Shown: positions 1-13,555, counted from the first letter of the whole stretch. The stretch: 62,932 nt of DNA, filler included, from Hyphochytrium catenoides (GCA_900088475.1; 11 parts of 11 records of this genome joined end to end with filler, not necessarily neighbours in it); one strand, 5' to 3'. Numbers and translations are program-made. Notes: a model not told the origin generated them from the sequence alone.

Positions 1-256
1 GGGAAGAGAGAACCAAGAACAAGAGCAGAAAGAAAAAAGAAGAAAGAGGAGGGGGAGAGAGAGAGAGAGAAAGAGAGAGAGAGTCCTCGACACGGGCTGA
101 ACTTATAGTCTGTTTTATCAAAGGAGTGAACCGTCACTCCTACGCCGCTACCTTATAATCTTTTACTATCTTAAGAATGACGAAGTGCACTAGCGGCCCA
201 GAATCTAAGAAAACTGGCTCCTCCAGACTCCTGTAGCTTAAGGCTCCCTCAGAAGA

Positions 257-292
<36 letters not shown>

Positions 293-683
293 GAATGACT
301 TCCTTCTCTGCCCGCATGTCCTCTTCTCTAATTAGTTGGCTTGCTCGTCTACTTCCAGGGTTTCAGGAGATTGCTGATCGACGACGACGAAAGACCGAAA
401 GGATAGAGAGAGAGAGAAGTCTAAGGTTAGAAAGAGAGAGGGAGAGGGAGTGGACAAGGAGCAGTGAGTATGATGATAGAAACGGAAGAGGGACAGCGCA
501 TCATCTGCGTTCCACAAGGATCCAAAGACTTTTCTAACAAGGAAAAATGGGGAAAGATCAGGAGGAAGAAAGAGAAGAGGGAACAACATCATCGAGGAGA
601 GGGAAAGCATCTCGGACGGAAGAAGGTCAGTCGACGACAAGCAGTTCAAATGAGAGAGTGAGAGAGCAAACGAGAGAACGAGA

Positions 684-728
<45 letters not shown>

Positions 729-2053
729 AGACCCGTATCAGTTCTCGCACAGACTGGTCGTTAGCGGTCAACTGGTCGTTACAGCCGTTTTCTCTTTCTG
801 TCCCTCACCTTCCTTCACAGAAGTCATCGAACCGCCGCTGTGTAAAGCCTTGGCTCTCTCTCTCTCTCTCTCGTTCTCTCTCTCTCTCTCACTCTCTCTC
901 GTTCTCTCACTCTCTCGCTCTCTCTCCCTCGTTCTCTCTCTCTCTCTCACTCTCTCTCTTTCTCTCACTCTCTCGCTCTCTCTCCTCTCTCTCTCTCTCG
1001 CTCTCATCAGCTGTTCCCCTGGACCCCCTGCTGCTCTCCTCTATTGAGTTTACTCTGATAGGCAGTCTCTCTCTCTCTCTCTCTCTCTTCTCTTTCTCTC
1101 CTTTTTTCTCTCTCTCTCTTACTACTCCTCCGTCCGAATTCTTTCTCTATTCCTTCCTCCCCTTATCTCAGTCTCTCTCGTTCTCCTTGTTCCCTCACTC
1201 TATTATGTTCTCTGTCTCTCTCTTTGTTCCTTCCCCTTGCTCGCTACCCATCGTCTTCCTAATTGATGTCTGGTGAACCAGAATTTCCCTCCGCTGCCTC
1301 TTCTTTTCCATCCCAGTGTCGCCGTGCGTCCGGCGGCGGCGGCAGGATAGTGATGAAGAGAGAGAGAGAAAGAGAGAGAAGACCAGGTGTGTTCGACAAC
1401 GGAGGGAAGAGACAAAGACAGAGAGAGCACAACAGGGAAAAAAAGAGAAGAGAGAGCTCAGGAAGCGCTCCGAAGAAGAACAATCAAGCTATCTCCTCTG
1501 TCTCATTATTCGACAGACTAGAGGCTGAAGGTCTTCTTCTCTTCTCTCTATAGACGTCCTCCCGCACTAACTTTACCTCTTCTCCTGCTGGTCGTGCCGT
1601 CTCTCTCTCTCTCTCTTTCAATTTTGTTTCTCCTTCTCTCTCGTTTTCTGTCTCTCTTCCATATGTCAAGATTAGCTTCTTAAGAAGACAAGAAGAGAAT
1701 GAGACCCAGAAGAAGAAGAAGAAAGCCGCCCCTCCTGCTTAAGCCTACTTTTTTCTTTGTGTTCTCTCTCTCTCCCATTGACCGGAGGAGCCAGAAAGGA
1801 ACGGGGAAGTGCCACTAAGAAGAAGGAATAGAAGCAAAGAGAGAAGAGGTTCGTCTCTTCCGCGCTCCTCTCTCCTTCCCAATCCTCCTTCACCTCCCAC
1901 CCCGTTTCCAGATCTATTGCTGCGCGACGTCAACCCTGTTCTTTCCTACCAAGAAAAAGAGAGGGAAGACAGAGTAAGAGAGAGAGAGAGAGAGAAGAGA
2001 GAAGAGATGTTCTGAGTCAATCATCTGCGCTGCAGCAGCAAGAAGAAGGAACC

Positions 2054-2814
2054 ATGAAGGCTGGTCCTTCACTGTCTCTCTCCCAGAAAGATCTTTGTCT
2101 CTCTTCTTCCCCTTCTCGTCTAATACCTGAAGACCGCTCCCCGCCTCCAAATCCTCCGAGCAAGATGCCTTCTCTCTCCTCTCTCTCTTCGTCTGTCTCT
2201 TCTTCTCTCCCTGTCTCTTCTTCTTCTTCTTCTTCTCGGTACATCTGGCAGGTCCGTCCTCTCCCTGAGTATATGGAACCAACCCTGGACATGACTGATC
2301 TTCTCATCGTCCACGCCTGTCCTCTAAAGAGAGTAGCTTCTGGCTTTCCCTCTTTCAGAAAGAGCCGTCTCTTTCGGTCTCTCTCTCTCCTCATGTTGCT
2401 CCAGTACTTTGGAGGCCTAGCGGCGGCCTCTATCGCGATTATGGCAGAAGAAGAGGGCCTGGCAGGGACGTGCGGCATCGTGTCAGCGGTGTCTTTCTCT
2501 CTCTTCTTTCTCTGGAACATGATGGAGTTCCACTATCATTTGCTGAAGAAAAGATTTGCACAATTTGTACGAACGCCTCTCTCTTTGTCTTTCGCTCTCT
2601 CTCTCTCACACACAGAGACAACGGACATGAGTCTCTCTCTCTCTCTTTTTCTCTCTCTTATCCGCCTTCTCTTCTTTTTCTCTTTTCCCCTCCTTCTCAA
2701 TCTCATCTGGACTTCTTTGGCTCTCTTCTTGAGGCTGTCGTCTAACTCTCACTTTCTCTCTCTCTCCTCTCATTCACTCACTCTCTTCCCCTTTCTCCCC
2801 GACCCTCTCCTCTC

Positions 2815-2851
<37 letters not shown>

Positions 2852-3310
2852 CTCTGTCACTCTCTCTCTCTCTCTTTCTCTCTTTCTCTCTCTCTCTGCC
2901 CCTGTTTGTTCTTCTCAGGACTCATGGTTCTACATCCTGCAGTGTCTGCCCGCTCTGTACATCTTCTCCCAGGCGATCGACTCTTCCCAGAGCCGCAGAT
3001 CTGTGGGACTGCTGGCGGGGCTGGTGGTCGGGGCGCTGCACCCCGTGACAGTCGACGCGCAGCCTCAGAATGTGTCCACCAAGGGGAAAATCAAGCTCAC
3101 TCTCGTCATTGGAGTTATCGCTCTCTCTCTCATGTTCTGGTACGATGATGATAGAGCAAGGGAAGAAAAAAGAGGAACAATAGGGACGACAGTTTAGAGA
3201 CAGACAAGAGAGAGATGATACGATAGTTGGCGAGAGTGACAGCAATGCGCGACCCATAATACAGTGACAAAAAAGAGAGACGGAGAGGGGAGAGAGAGAG
3301 AGAGACTGCG

Positions 3311-3368
<58 letters not shown>

Positions 3369-5382
3369 CCACCTTTGCCTTGCCAAAGGAGAACCACGCC
3401 TGTACATAGCGAAGAGGTGGCTTCTCTCGTTCTTTTCTTTCAATCTTCGGACTCTCCCTGTGCCACCTTCACTATGGATTGCAGCTCTTCTCCTTCGCTT
3501 CTTCTCGCCTGTCATCGTCGTAATGACTTGTTCTCCCGGTCAATTCCTCTTCCTCACCGCATCATCCTCTGCTCTTTTTGTCTCTCTGTCTCTCTCTGTC
3601 TCTCTCTTTTTCCCCCAGGATGGCCTTCAAGCTGTACACTGCTCCCTATCCCGGCGTCCAGCTCACAGAGGTTACTCTGCATCATCTCCCTATTCGGCCC
3701 TGGGTCATGGCCGCGGACTCGATCATGGTCCTGATCGTGTTAGACATACAGATCCTTGGAAGAATGTTCATGAAGCTGAGGAAGACAGCAGGCAACTCCT
3801 CACCTTTCGCTTGTCTCCGCTGGCCGCTGCAGCTCTATCAGGAAGGCTGGCAGAACAGGAGAACAAAGAAGAAGAGAAGAGAGAGCGGAGAGGAGAAGAA
3901 GAAGAGAAAGAGACAAGGAGGAGGAAGCACTGTCCTTTCTTCGGCCGTCCTCCCGTCTCTCCTTTCTTCTTCTTCGAAGATTCGTCCCGCGGAGACCCAG
4001 AAGCGAGAAAGTGACCTAATCACATCCGTGCCTGAGCTGCCAAGCAAAGAAGTGATCGTTGAGACGAGTGCGGCCGAGGAGGAAGAGGAGAAGAAAGACT
4101 CGGAAGAGAAACAAAAAGAGGAAGTAGTTGTTGAGAGAAAGCAGCAAGAAGCGGAGGAGGGTCAAGGAAGAGAGAAGAAGAAGAGAAAGAGAAGAAGGTA
4201 TACTTTGTCCATCACGCTCCTTGCGTTCTCTTTATCTAGCTCTCTCTCCTCCTGTCTCTGTCTCTCTTTCCCTGCTCTTTCTCTTCCTATTGTTAACCGA
4301 GTTTTCTCTCTCCGACCGTACAGGCTTCGTCTGTTCATTCGGCCTACTCAGCCTATCTTCTCAGTGGATGTCCGGATGGATCTTCTCTACTTTCTTCTCT
4401 CTCGCTGCTCTTATACGCCAGAGAGGATTGCACACCTGACCGCGCTAAGGAACGGGATCACGAACCACTGGCTCTACCCTCTCTCCTGTCTCTTGGGCAT
4501 GACCCTGCATTTTCTCTCTATTCTTCTTCATGCTCATCTCTCTGTCTTTGTCTCAATCTTCTTCCTAAACCTGGTGGGGAACCTTCTCTTTCTCTCGCGA
4601 GTCTCTCCTGTGCTACTGATCATGCTGTGGACCAACTTTGATTTCCTTCTCCTGCTGTTCAACGGCTTGGAATATATGCTGTTCAGCGCTGAGCTGCTAG
4701 AGTGGGACAGGAGGTAAGAAGGCAGTAACCAGCTCTTTATTGCTCTTAGCTATCGCTTCTCTTTTCTCTCTCTCTCTCTCTCTTTCTATCCTTCTTCTGA
4801 TGTTGATATTTTGCCTCTAATCATGCTGTTAGATAACTTCCGTCTCTTTCCCTTGTCTTGTCATCTTCTGCCGCCGTCTCTCCTTTGCAGCAGTCAACCA
4901 CTCCTCTTCTCTCTCTCTCTCTCTCTCCCTCTCGTCATCATCGGGTCTATCTTCGTGGAACGCCAGCTCATCTCTCACTGTCTCGTCTTCAATGTAGGTC
5001 TCTCTCTTTCCTTTCTCTCGTCTTGTCCACACTATCCACGCTGACAGCGCAAGACACAACCATCATCCGCCCAGACATCAGGAAGAACCTTGCTACTGCC
5101 TTTGGCGTCACCATGGCGCTCATTCTGATAGCCAGCGGCATCTATCTCATGTTTCTTCCCAACCCAACGACCAGCGTGCTCTTCAGTCTCTCTCCAGCTG
5201 CCTCTTCGTCTTCGTCAGCACTGTCTCGTTCTCCTCTCTCCCTCGCCCTCGATTCTCTTCTGACGCTGGCGGTTTACTCGTTGCGGAGCTGCGTCAACTC
5301 CTACCTCTACCCCGACTTATTGGTCAGTATCTCGTCAACTGTGGAGTATAGAACGGTTGTGGAAGAGTATGATGGCGACTAA
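2054..5382 (+). CDS. Multi-pass membrane protein with two tandem homologous hydrophobic domains (uncharacterised); exons 2054-2566, 2919-3139, 3619-4713, 4998-5382
   Basis: GT-AG junctions join four ORF pieces in frame (...KRFAQF|DSWFYIL...LSLMF(W)|MAFKLY...EWDR(R)|SLSFLSL...EEYDGD*). Many hydrophobic segments; the two halves are separated by a charged linker. Confidence 0.7.
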
Positions 5383-6119
5383 CAATGCAAGCGGAAGACC
5401 AAGAGAGAGAGAGAGAGACAGAGAGAGACAGAGTGTCAGAGAGAGAGAGGGTAAGTAGAGGCGTCCCGCAAAGATAGAGAGAGATAGAGAGGAGACGGCG
5501 AAAGCAGAGGAGAGGATGGCCAATCTATGCCAGTTTCTGGCAGAAGAGAGAGTTCAGCTCGGAGAGCGATCACTACTCGTTGTAAGTAAGAAGAGGATAA
5601 TAGACAAGCTTCTTGGTCTCTCTTGTCTTGGTGCCTCTTCTTACTCCTCCTGCGTGCTCTGTGGCCCCTGATGGAGCTTGACCTAGCTTTACATGCAGCA
5701 GGTTCCGCTCTCCTTGCCTGTGGCTGTGCTAATAGAGGTCTCTGCTTTTTCTACATTGGAGCAGCATCTCTAGTGCCACACTTCCATTTTTATCATCAAG
5801 AGACAGAGACTTGCTCTTCTTGCTCTTCAAGACGGTGGCCTTCCCTTCCATCACGAAGGATGAGACATCAAGGCTGCCAAGGGAGCCTGGATGTGAGCGA
5901 GGGCATGGCCCTAATAACCCCCAAGAGCGGCAGGGCAAGCACGAGAAATCCGGAAAGATCCTTTCGTTCGCTCGCCAAGAGAAGAGAGACATCAATTGGG
6001 TGGAGGGAGAGTGTCGTGTCTTTTGGTGTGTGAGGTGGTTCTGGCTGTTGAACTCTCTTGCAGAGTGAGAGAGAGTGACTCAAGCATTGAAAAGAGGTGA
6101 GAGGGAGAGAAAAAGTGTG

Positions 6120-6153
<34 letters not shown>

Positions 6154-6927
6154 GGAGAGAGAGAAAGAGAGAGAGGGGGATAGAGAGAAAAAGAGAGAGG
6201 GGGATAGAGAGAAAGAGAGAAAGAGAGAANNNNNNNNNNNNNNNNNNNNNNNNNNNNNNNNNNNNNNNNNNNNNNNNNNNNNNNNNNNNNNGAGAGAGTG
6301 ACAAGCTAGGAGGCCAAAGATCCATCAATCAGATCCTTTTCATCTCCCAGATGACCGTTACCGGATTAACTTCAATACACCAAAGTCTATCATCTGGGGA
6401 TTCGTGATACCAACTCTCCTGCTGTCCTGATAGTGAATGATTCGAATTATCATTCTAAATAACTGTGACCATCTGGTAGGAGAGAGTCAGATTGGAGACA
6501 GGACATCACCGTGGATTCTGATCGGTGATGAAACATTCATTAGCTTTCCATTTGCAATGTTCCTGAGTAAAGCCTATAAATTACGTTAATCCTTCCATAC
6601 CTTCACGAAACATGATGGAAATGTTTCCAGCCATAAGAATTTGATCAGAGCAAATGACCCCTCTGCTCCCCCACCCACTCAATCAAATGCCAAGCACGGC
6701 AAGAAATTTCCTACAGGATGGGTGGGCGCTATGTTTGTTAGTACCTATCTTGGGCTAATCCGACCATTCCTTAACCGCTATGTGCAGCCTCCTCAGACTC
6801 TTGGTATACTAATAAACTTAATCGTACGCCGCCCTAGCTTTCTGATGTTTGTTCATCGTGTAAGAAAGGCCCAAGAGATATATATACACCACTCTGTGTC
6901 ATCCACCCCGCTCTCTCTCTCTCTCTC

Positions 6928-7027
6928 NNNNNNNNNNNNNNNNNNNNNNNNNNNNNNNNNNNNNNNNNNNNTTAATTAATTAANNNNNNNNNNNNNNNNN
7001 NNNNNNNNNNNNNNNNNNNNNNNNNNN
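6928..7027. other. Artificial 100-nt contig linker (N-TTAATTAATTAA-N); recurs at about 10267, 12242, 15838, 34606, 37543, 52092, 55558, 60499, 61650
   Basis: Identical six-frame-stop 12-mer flanked by N runs, 10 occurrences. Confidence 0.97.
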
Positions 7028-7287
7028 GAGAGAGAGAGAAAGGGTCGGTTAGGAAGAGGAAGGGTGGGAAGAGAGAACGAGAGAGATGATAACGTCGTCA
7101 GAACTTGAAAGAGAAAGAGTCAAACCCAGGAAGAGAAGTAGGGAGAGGGAGAAAGATGCAGGAGATGGTGAACGGGAATGATGAAAAGAGAGAAGAGCGC
7201 AACCTGAGAAAGAGAGAGAGAAAGAGGAAAGAGGAAACAGAGTTAAAAGAGAGAGAGAGAGAGGGACACAGAGAGAGACGCGTGCAC

Positions 7288-7543
7288 CTGAAGCAAAGAT
7301 CGCTATATCCTCTCTCTGCTCCTCCTCTGAGCACCCGAGAGAGAGAGAGAGAGGGCAGTTCATAGATATAAATGTTAGGCTTCAGCCCTTTCTCTCCCAC
7401 GGCCAGCCAGCGGCCCGAGGGATGAACCCGAACAGCGCCAATTCCTCTCCCATCGATGCCAAAGACATAGCGGACAGCGAGAGAACGGAGATCTGATGAA
7501 AGAGAGAGAGAGACAGAGAGACAGAGAGAGAGAGAGAGAGAGA

Positions 7544-7595
<52 letters not shown>

Positions 7596-8135
7596 GGGAG
7601 GAGGAGAGAAAGAGAGACAGATGGAGTCAACAATTCATCATGGTAAGAGAGAAAGAAAAAGAGAGCCAATGTTAGAGTGTCGGATGTGATAAAAAGAGAG
7701 AGGAAAAGAAAAGAGTCAAGGGTGGATAATGAAGAGAGAACGAGAGAGGATATAGGAGTATGAGAGAGAGAGAGAGAGCCAGAAAGGGAGAGAACCGAGA
7801 AGGAAGAGAGAGTCGAGAGCAAGCATGCACAGAGCAAGTAAATGAATAGAAGAGGAGCACAACGACAGAATAGAACATCGGCAAATTCTGCGGGAGCCGA
7901 AACTCTAGCGTGACCGTGTATGAGAAGAGAGACAGCGATTGAAAGAGAGAGTAAACGCGAGAAAGAAAAAAGGATTGAGAAAAAGGGGCAAGGGATAGTG
8001 AATGTGAAGAGAGAGAGAGAGTGTATGAGAGAGAGAGAAAGAGAACGAGAGAAGAACGTCAAGGATCAAGAGGAGAGAGAAGCAGTAGAGTGTGATGCAA
8101 GGACACACACAGACAGGAGAGAGAGAGAGACAAAA

Positions 8136-8173
<38 letters not shown>

Positions 8174-8430
8174 CGAAAGTAGCTCTTTCAGTGCCAGCAC
8201 GGACCGAGGATCTGGACAGCGTTCCCTGCGACACTGACGAGCGTGTTCTCATCCAGAAGATGAAGATTGTTCCTCCGCTGACAGTCCAGGCCGAAGCTGT
8301 GATAGAGCGCGGCGCAGGAGCGAGGCAGCTCCCCAAAGTCCAGCGCACGGACCAGCTCTGAGAGCTGCGGAGCGCCAGGAGAAGAAGGAGAGGAGAGAGA
8401 GAGAGAGTGCGGCTCCTGGGGCTCCGTCAT
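7288..8430 (-). CDS. CFAP44: Cilia- and flagella-associated protein 44 (WDR52), 5' exons 8430-8205 and 7492-7288; truncated by contig end
   Basis: Spliced translation LYHSFGLDCQRRNNLHLLDENTLVSVAGNAVQIL|DLRSLAVRYVFGIDGRGIGAVRVHPSGRWLAVGEKGLKPNIYIYELPSLSLSRVLRGGAERGYSDLCF matches the conserved CFAP44 N-terminal WD40 region; GT-AG boundaries. Confidence 0.88.
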
Positions 8431-10234
8431 TCCTTCTCTCTCTCTCTTTTGTTCTTTCTATCTGTCTCTTATGCTCCTCTCGCTCTCACTCTCGGTAGCT
8501 TGAATCACTCGGTCTTCCTTATGTCGAATCTCTTTCTCTCTCTTCTTGGTTTCTTCTCTATTTCTTCGTTATGTCCCTCTCTTTCTTCTCCGTCTATGTG
8601 ATGCGTCTCTCTCTCTCTTTCTATAGGTCCGCTTCTGGCGTGAGAGCAGGGACGTGTCAGCTTCTCAAGGTTCTGAGAGATGCTCACTCGAGGGGGAGAA
8701 AGTAGAGAAGAGAGAGAGAAAAGTTTGATGGAGAGAGAGGCAGTGATGAAGAGAAGGGACGAAAGATAATAGGCAAGGGAAGGAGGATGGAGCTATCTTC
8801 AGTCTTCTAGAGAGGAGACCAAGGGAAAGAGAGACTAGCAGAGAGAGAACCATAGGAGGGAAACTGAGGAAGAGGGAAGGCAGAGGAGAGGAAAAAGGAA
8901 GACAAAGAGGAAGAGAGAGGAAGAGAGAGAAGGGAGGAAGAGTCGGGAAAGACAGAGCGAGGAAGGGGAGAAAGAGGGAGATATAGTTCTGTCATAAAGA
9001 AGTACGAAAAGTAGAGGAGACACAGACAGAGGAAGAGAGTGAGAGAAGGCCGAGAGAAGAGAGAGCGAAAAGAAGGGAGAGAAGACAAAGGAAGCCACAG
9101 AGAGGCATGGATGGAAGGAAAAAGACAGAGAGAAAGACAGGGACAGAGAAAGAGAGTGCCGTGAGAAACAGACAGACAGAGAGACAGACAGAGAGACAGA
9201 GAGAGAGAGAGGGAGACAGAGAGAGCGCGAGAGAGAGACAGACTGACGGGGTGAGTGTGAGAGAGAGAGAGAGAGAGAGANNNNNNNNNNNNNNNNNNNN
9301 NNNNNNNNNNNNNNNNAGAGAGAGAGAGGACAAGAGCACAGCCGCCCAGTCGTCCGTTATGCATGACAACATTAGGAATTACCCTTGACTTACAGTAAGA
9401 GCGCCGCTTCATAACCTGTACACCAATCCCTACATTATCCCGTATCCACCGCTGTTTATCAGGGATAGACGGGTGTATGCGTGTATCCTTTGAAGGAAAG
9501 TGGAGACTCTGTCTGGAGCTTTTGAAGATTTTATAAAAGTCTCCAGAGCTCTGTCTGGAGATGCAGATTATCGGGAACTCTGTCTGGAAGTGGAAGACTG
9601 TCACGAGGTCTGTCTGAAGATATCCCATTGGTAGGGTCTCCGATTCCGAAGACTACTATCGCATTCACTCTCTTTGAACCCATGATATGATATGAGATCG
9701 TTTTTGGCGCTCTGCTTAGGACGCACCGGAACGTCTGAAGCTCTCACTGAACTTAACATCTTTCCTTTGGAGGTCTATCTAAGACTAGCTACGAGATCCT
9801 TGAGATTCCTTCTCAGACTATTTATAAGCTGAAGGCTTCCTAGACCTTCGTCATAGAGAGAGACAGCACGAGATGAGGTAGGCTGCTATACATACTTCAT
9901 CTCTCGCCAAGGTAATGTTCGAGGAGGAATACCATAGCATTGGGTAGGAAAGAGTTCAGGGCTAGCGGAGGGAGAAAGACAAAGAGAGACGCGAGGAAAT
10001 GAGGTCAAAGAGACATTCTTCAATCTCTCTTTTCCCTCTGCCTCTCTTTATCTGTCACGGGCCCCTGGCACCTTCTCTCGCCCTTTCTCCTGCCCTTCTC
10101 TCCTTGCCCTGCTGAGGCATTGCAGCCACCGCCATCTCTGTTTATAACGAGATTCTTTCTATCTTCAACTCCATAAACTTCATAAATATACCTCCCCGCT
10201 TTCGCTCTCTCTTCTCCCTTCCTCCTCTCCATGC

Positions 10235-10266
<32 letters not shown>

Positions 10267-10578
10267 NNNNNNNNNNNNNNNNNNNNNNNNNNNNNNNNNN
10301 NNNNNNNNNNTTAATTAATTAANNNNNNNNNNNNNNNNNNNNNNNNNNNNNNNNNNNNNNNNNNNNAGTTACGATAAGAGATAGCGACACAGCGGGAGAG
10401 AGAAAGAGAGAGAGAGAAGGAAAGAGAGGAAGTGTGAGAGAGAAGGAATGAGAAAAGGTCATTGACATGTGGAGACGTCATACTCTCTATTTCACTTGCT
10501 CTCCATCTCATCCTGAGCTGGCTTGAAGTCTTTCTCACAATGTTCTCTGACTTGCATTTTTGCTTGCTCTTCTAATAG

Positions 10579-11985
10579 AAAGAGGAAATGAAAGCGCGGG
10601 TGCAAGACAGAATTGATCTTCTATTGGAAGAAGTACTGCGACGGGTGATCCGTAAGAAGAGAGAGATAGAAAAGAGAGGAGTCTTCCAAGGGGAGACCAA
10701 TGCAGCCAGAATCCAGGCTATGCTTCTCGTGGAGATGCAGAGAAGGTCTTCTCTTCCCTGTTATCTTACTCTTTCTTCTAGAGCTCCCCGCTGTCTCTCC
10801 CTCTTTCTCTCTCTCTCTCTCTCTGTCTCCCTTCCAGTTTCTTTCTTCCAGTATTTGCATTGCTCTAAATAGATGTTTCTTTTCTCTACAGAGCATTTGT
10901 TCTCTCGCTAACTGCACATGGTTCTCGTGAATTCTCTCTCACACTCTTCTTCTCTCCTTCTCTTTCCGGCTGCTCTTTCTCCTCTCTCCCTTCTGCGCTC
11001 TCGGGCTGGTGCGGCACTTTCCATTAATTAACTTCTTGTCTCTTCCTAACGAAAGCATCAAAGTCGGGGACATCCAAGATGAGGTTCTTCAAGAACTGCA
11101 AGCAGAAGCCCAAGGAGCGCCAAAGTATTAGAATTAGAGCAGTTCTGTTGCCTCTCTGTCCTTCTCTTCTTTTTCTCTCCATTGTCCATTACACTCTCTA
11201 CTTTCAAGCTGCTCTCTCTCTCTCTCTCTCTCTTCTTTGTTCGCCACTCTACTTGTGCCTTCTTCTTCTTCTGTCTCTCTTTTCTCTCTCCCTTCGCTTT
11301 CTCTCTCTTTTTCCATTCTCTCTCTCTCTTCTCCCCCTATTGCTCAAAATATTGCCTTGTTTGTCGTGTTCACTTAATCCTCAGCTTTCTATTTCTCCTC
11401 CACTTTTTCCCTCTTCTCTATCTTCTTACATCTGTTTCTCTAGGCACTCCGTCCTTGGCCGTGCGGCGATGCTGAGTATGTCTGAAGATTTGCAGAAGCA
11501 ACTGACAAGAAAAAAAGTTTCTCACACTCGAGAAAGTATGATCGCCATCCTAGATAAGGAGAGAGAGCTTGCCAAGGTATAAAGCGGTGGCGGTGATCGA
11601 CAGAGCATGAGAGAGAGAGACAGAGAGCAATTGAGAGAAAGAAAGAATGAGAAACACATTGGGAGAAAGAGAGGCGAGAAAGAGTGTAGGTGAAAGGAAG
11701 AAAGAAGAGAGGAGAGAAAGAGATGAGGAGCCATGTTCTCAGAAGATAAAGTATTCCAAGGTTGGAACGAAGAAGTGAGATGAGGAGAGGCGAGAGGAAG
11801 AAAAGAGAGAACGTCAGATTGAAAAGGATACCAAGGATAGAGAGGAAGAGGGGAGGACGTAGCTTCTGCGTGAAGTTCTCGTTATGTGTGTCTCTCCTTA
11901 CCCTTCTCTCTCTCTCTCTTCTCTTTTTCCGCTATTGCTGTGTAGGGAACAGGGGTTGAGGAACCACCTGAGCGGAGAGATCCAT
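10579..11985 (+). CDS. Short exons of an unidentified helical/coiled-coil protein (partial)
   Basis: Exon-like pieces (KEEMKARVQDRIDLLLEEVLRR; HSVLGRAAMLSMSEDLQKQLTRKKVSHTRESMIAILDKERELAK) bounded by AG/GT and microsatellite-rich introns. Confidence 0.4.
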
Positions 11986-12208
11986 CACTGAGGAAGAGAG
12001 AAGAAGAGGAAAGAAACGGGGAGCGGTAAACTCTAAGACCCTTCTTTTCCCATCAACATTCGGTTTGATAAAGGTCTGACCGGCAGGAAAGAGAAAGGGG
12101 AGAGACAGATCGACGAGCAGCGGACAGTGAGTGAGGCAATGAGGATTAGAGCTCTCGGTACTGCACAGAGAACGAAGGTAGACTTTAGCAAGGTAAGTAT
12201 CTTTACCC

Positions 12209-12241
<33 letters not shown>

Positions 12242-12540
12242 NNNNNNNNNNNNNNNNNNNNNNNNNNNNNNNNNNNNNNNNNNNNTTAATTAATTAANNN
12301 NNNNNNNNNNNNNNNNNNNNNNNNNNNNNNNNNNNNNNNNNAGAGAGAGAGAGAGGAAGTCAGCACCCGAGGAGAAGAGTGAGATTGACGAGAAATCGAT
12401 AGCAGCAGAAGAAGAGCTAGAAGACAGACCATGTTAGGAAGAAACAGTTAGCCAAAAGGAAGAGAGAGAGAGAGAAGAGAGCGAGGAGAGAGGAAGAGAG
12501 AGAAAGAAGAGAAAGAGAGAGAAGGGAGGGGGTGACGTAC

Positions 12541-12907
12541 CATTGACTCCTAGGTTAGCTAAGGCTTTGGCTGCTTGTCTCTGTACATGCTCGTTCGCTC
12601 CGTCCAAGAGAGAGATCAACATCTCAATCCCACCATCATTCGCCATGCGGACCTGGTTCTCAGCTGAAAAGAGAGAGAGAGAGAGAGAGAGAGAAACAGA
12701 GAGAGAGAGAAACAGAGAGAGAGAGAGGGAGAGAGAGAGAGAGAGAGAAGGACGAGAGATCATAAGGGAAAGAGGGACAGATAGAGAAAAAGAACCAACG
12801 TGGACAAGAAAGAGTAATCCAAACTGACTGAGCAAGAAGAAAGAGAGACACATAGGAAGCTGAAAGAGAAAAGAGGAAATGAAAGCGAAACCTCATGATA
12901 CAAATAT

Positions 12908-12939
<32 letters not shown>

Positions 12940-13248
12940 GAGAGGGAGAGAGAGAGGGAGAGAGAGAGAAAGAGAGAGAAAGAGAGTGAGAGAAAGAGAG
13001 TGAGACAAAGAGAGTGAGAGAAAGAGAGAGGGAGAAAGAGAGAGAGAGAGACAAAAAGAGAGTGAGAAAGAGACAAAACGAGAGAAAAAGAGAAAGAGAA
13101 AAAGAGAGAGAGAGACAGACACTGACAATTGACGGAGAGGTTTGCTAGGGCGTGAGCCGCAAGTCGTTGGACTTCCGTATCGGAAGATTTGGTGAGAGGA
13201 AGAAGCAGCTTCAACCCTTCCAACTCCACGATCTGGACCTGACGATCA

Positions 13249-13308
<60 letters not shown>

Positions 13309-13519
13309 CGTGAAATAGTCAGAAACTGTGGTTACTCTTGTGGCTTTTCTCCCGTCCGTCACTCACTCTCTCTCCTTACCCTCGATCGCTCTCTGCTATC
13401 TTCTCCTTGGCCCATTCCCTTCTTCCTCTCCTCTTTCTTAGCTCTCTCTCTCTCTGTCTCTGTCTCTCTGTCTGTCTCTCTCCTTATCTCTTCCAACCCC
13501 TACCCTTTTTCTCTCTTCT

Positions 13520-13555
<36 letters not shown>

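Noticed and set aside
4714-4717. Stop-codon readthrough or alternative genetic code at the end of ORF 3578-4717
   Set aside because: The TAA lies within a GTAAG donor; intronless genes end in normal TAA/TAG stops.
5623-6900. Possible genes or element remnants in non-repetitive patches (also 40000-41170, 43900-47850, 61750-62850)
   Set aside because: Frames are broken or unrecognisable, and I could not build a consistent splice model.
6972-6983. Recurring TTAATTAATTAA between N runs as a biological repeat or CRISPR-like array
   Set aside because: Standard six-frame-stop contig linker; artificial.
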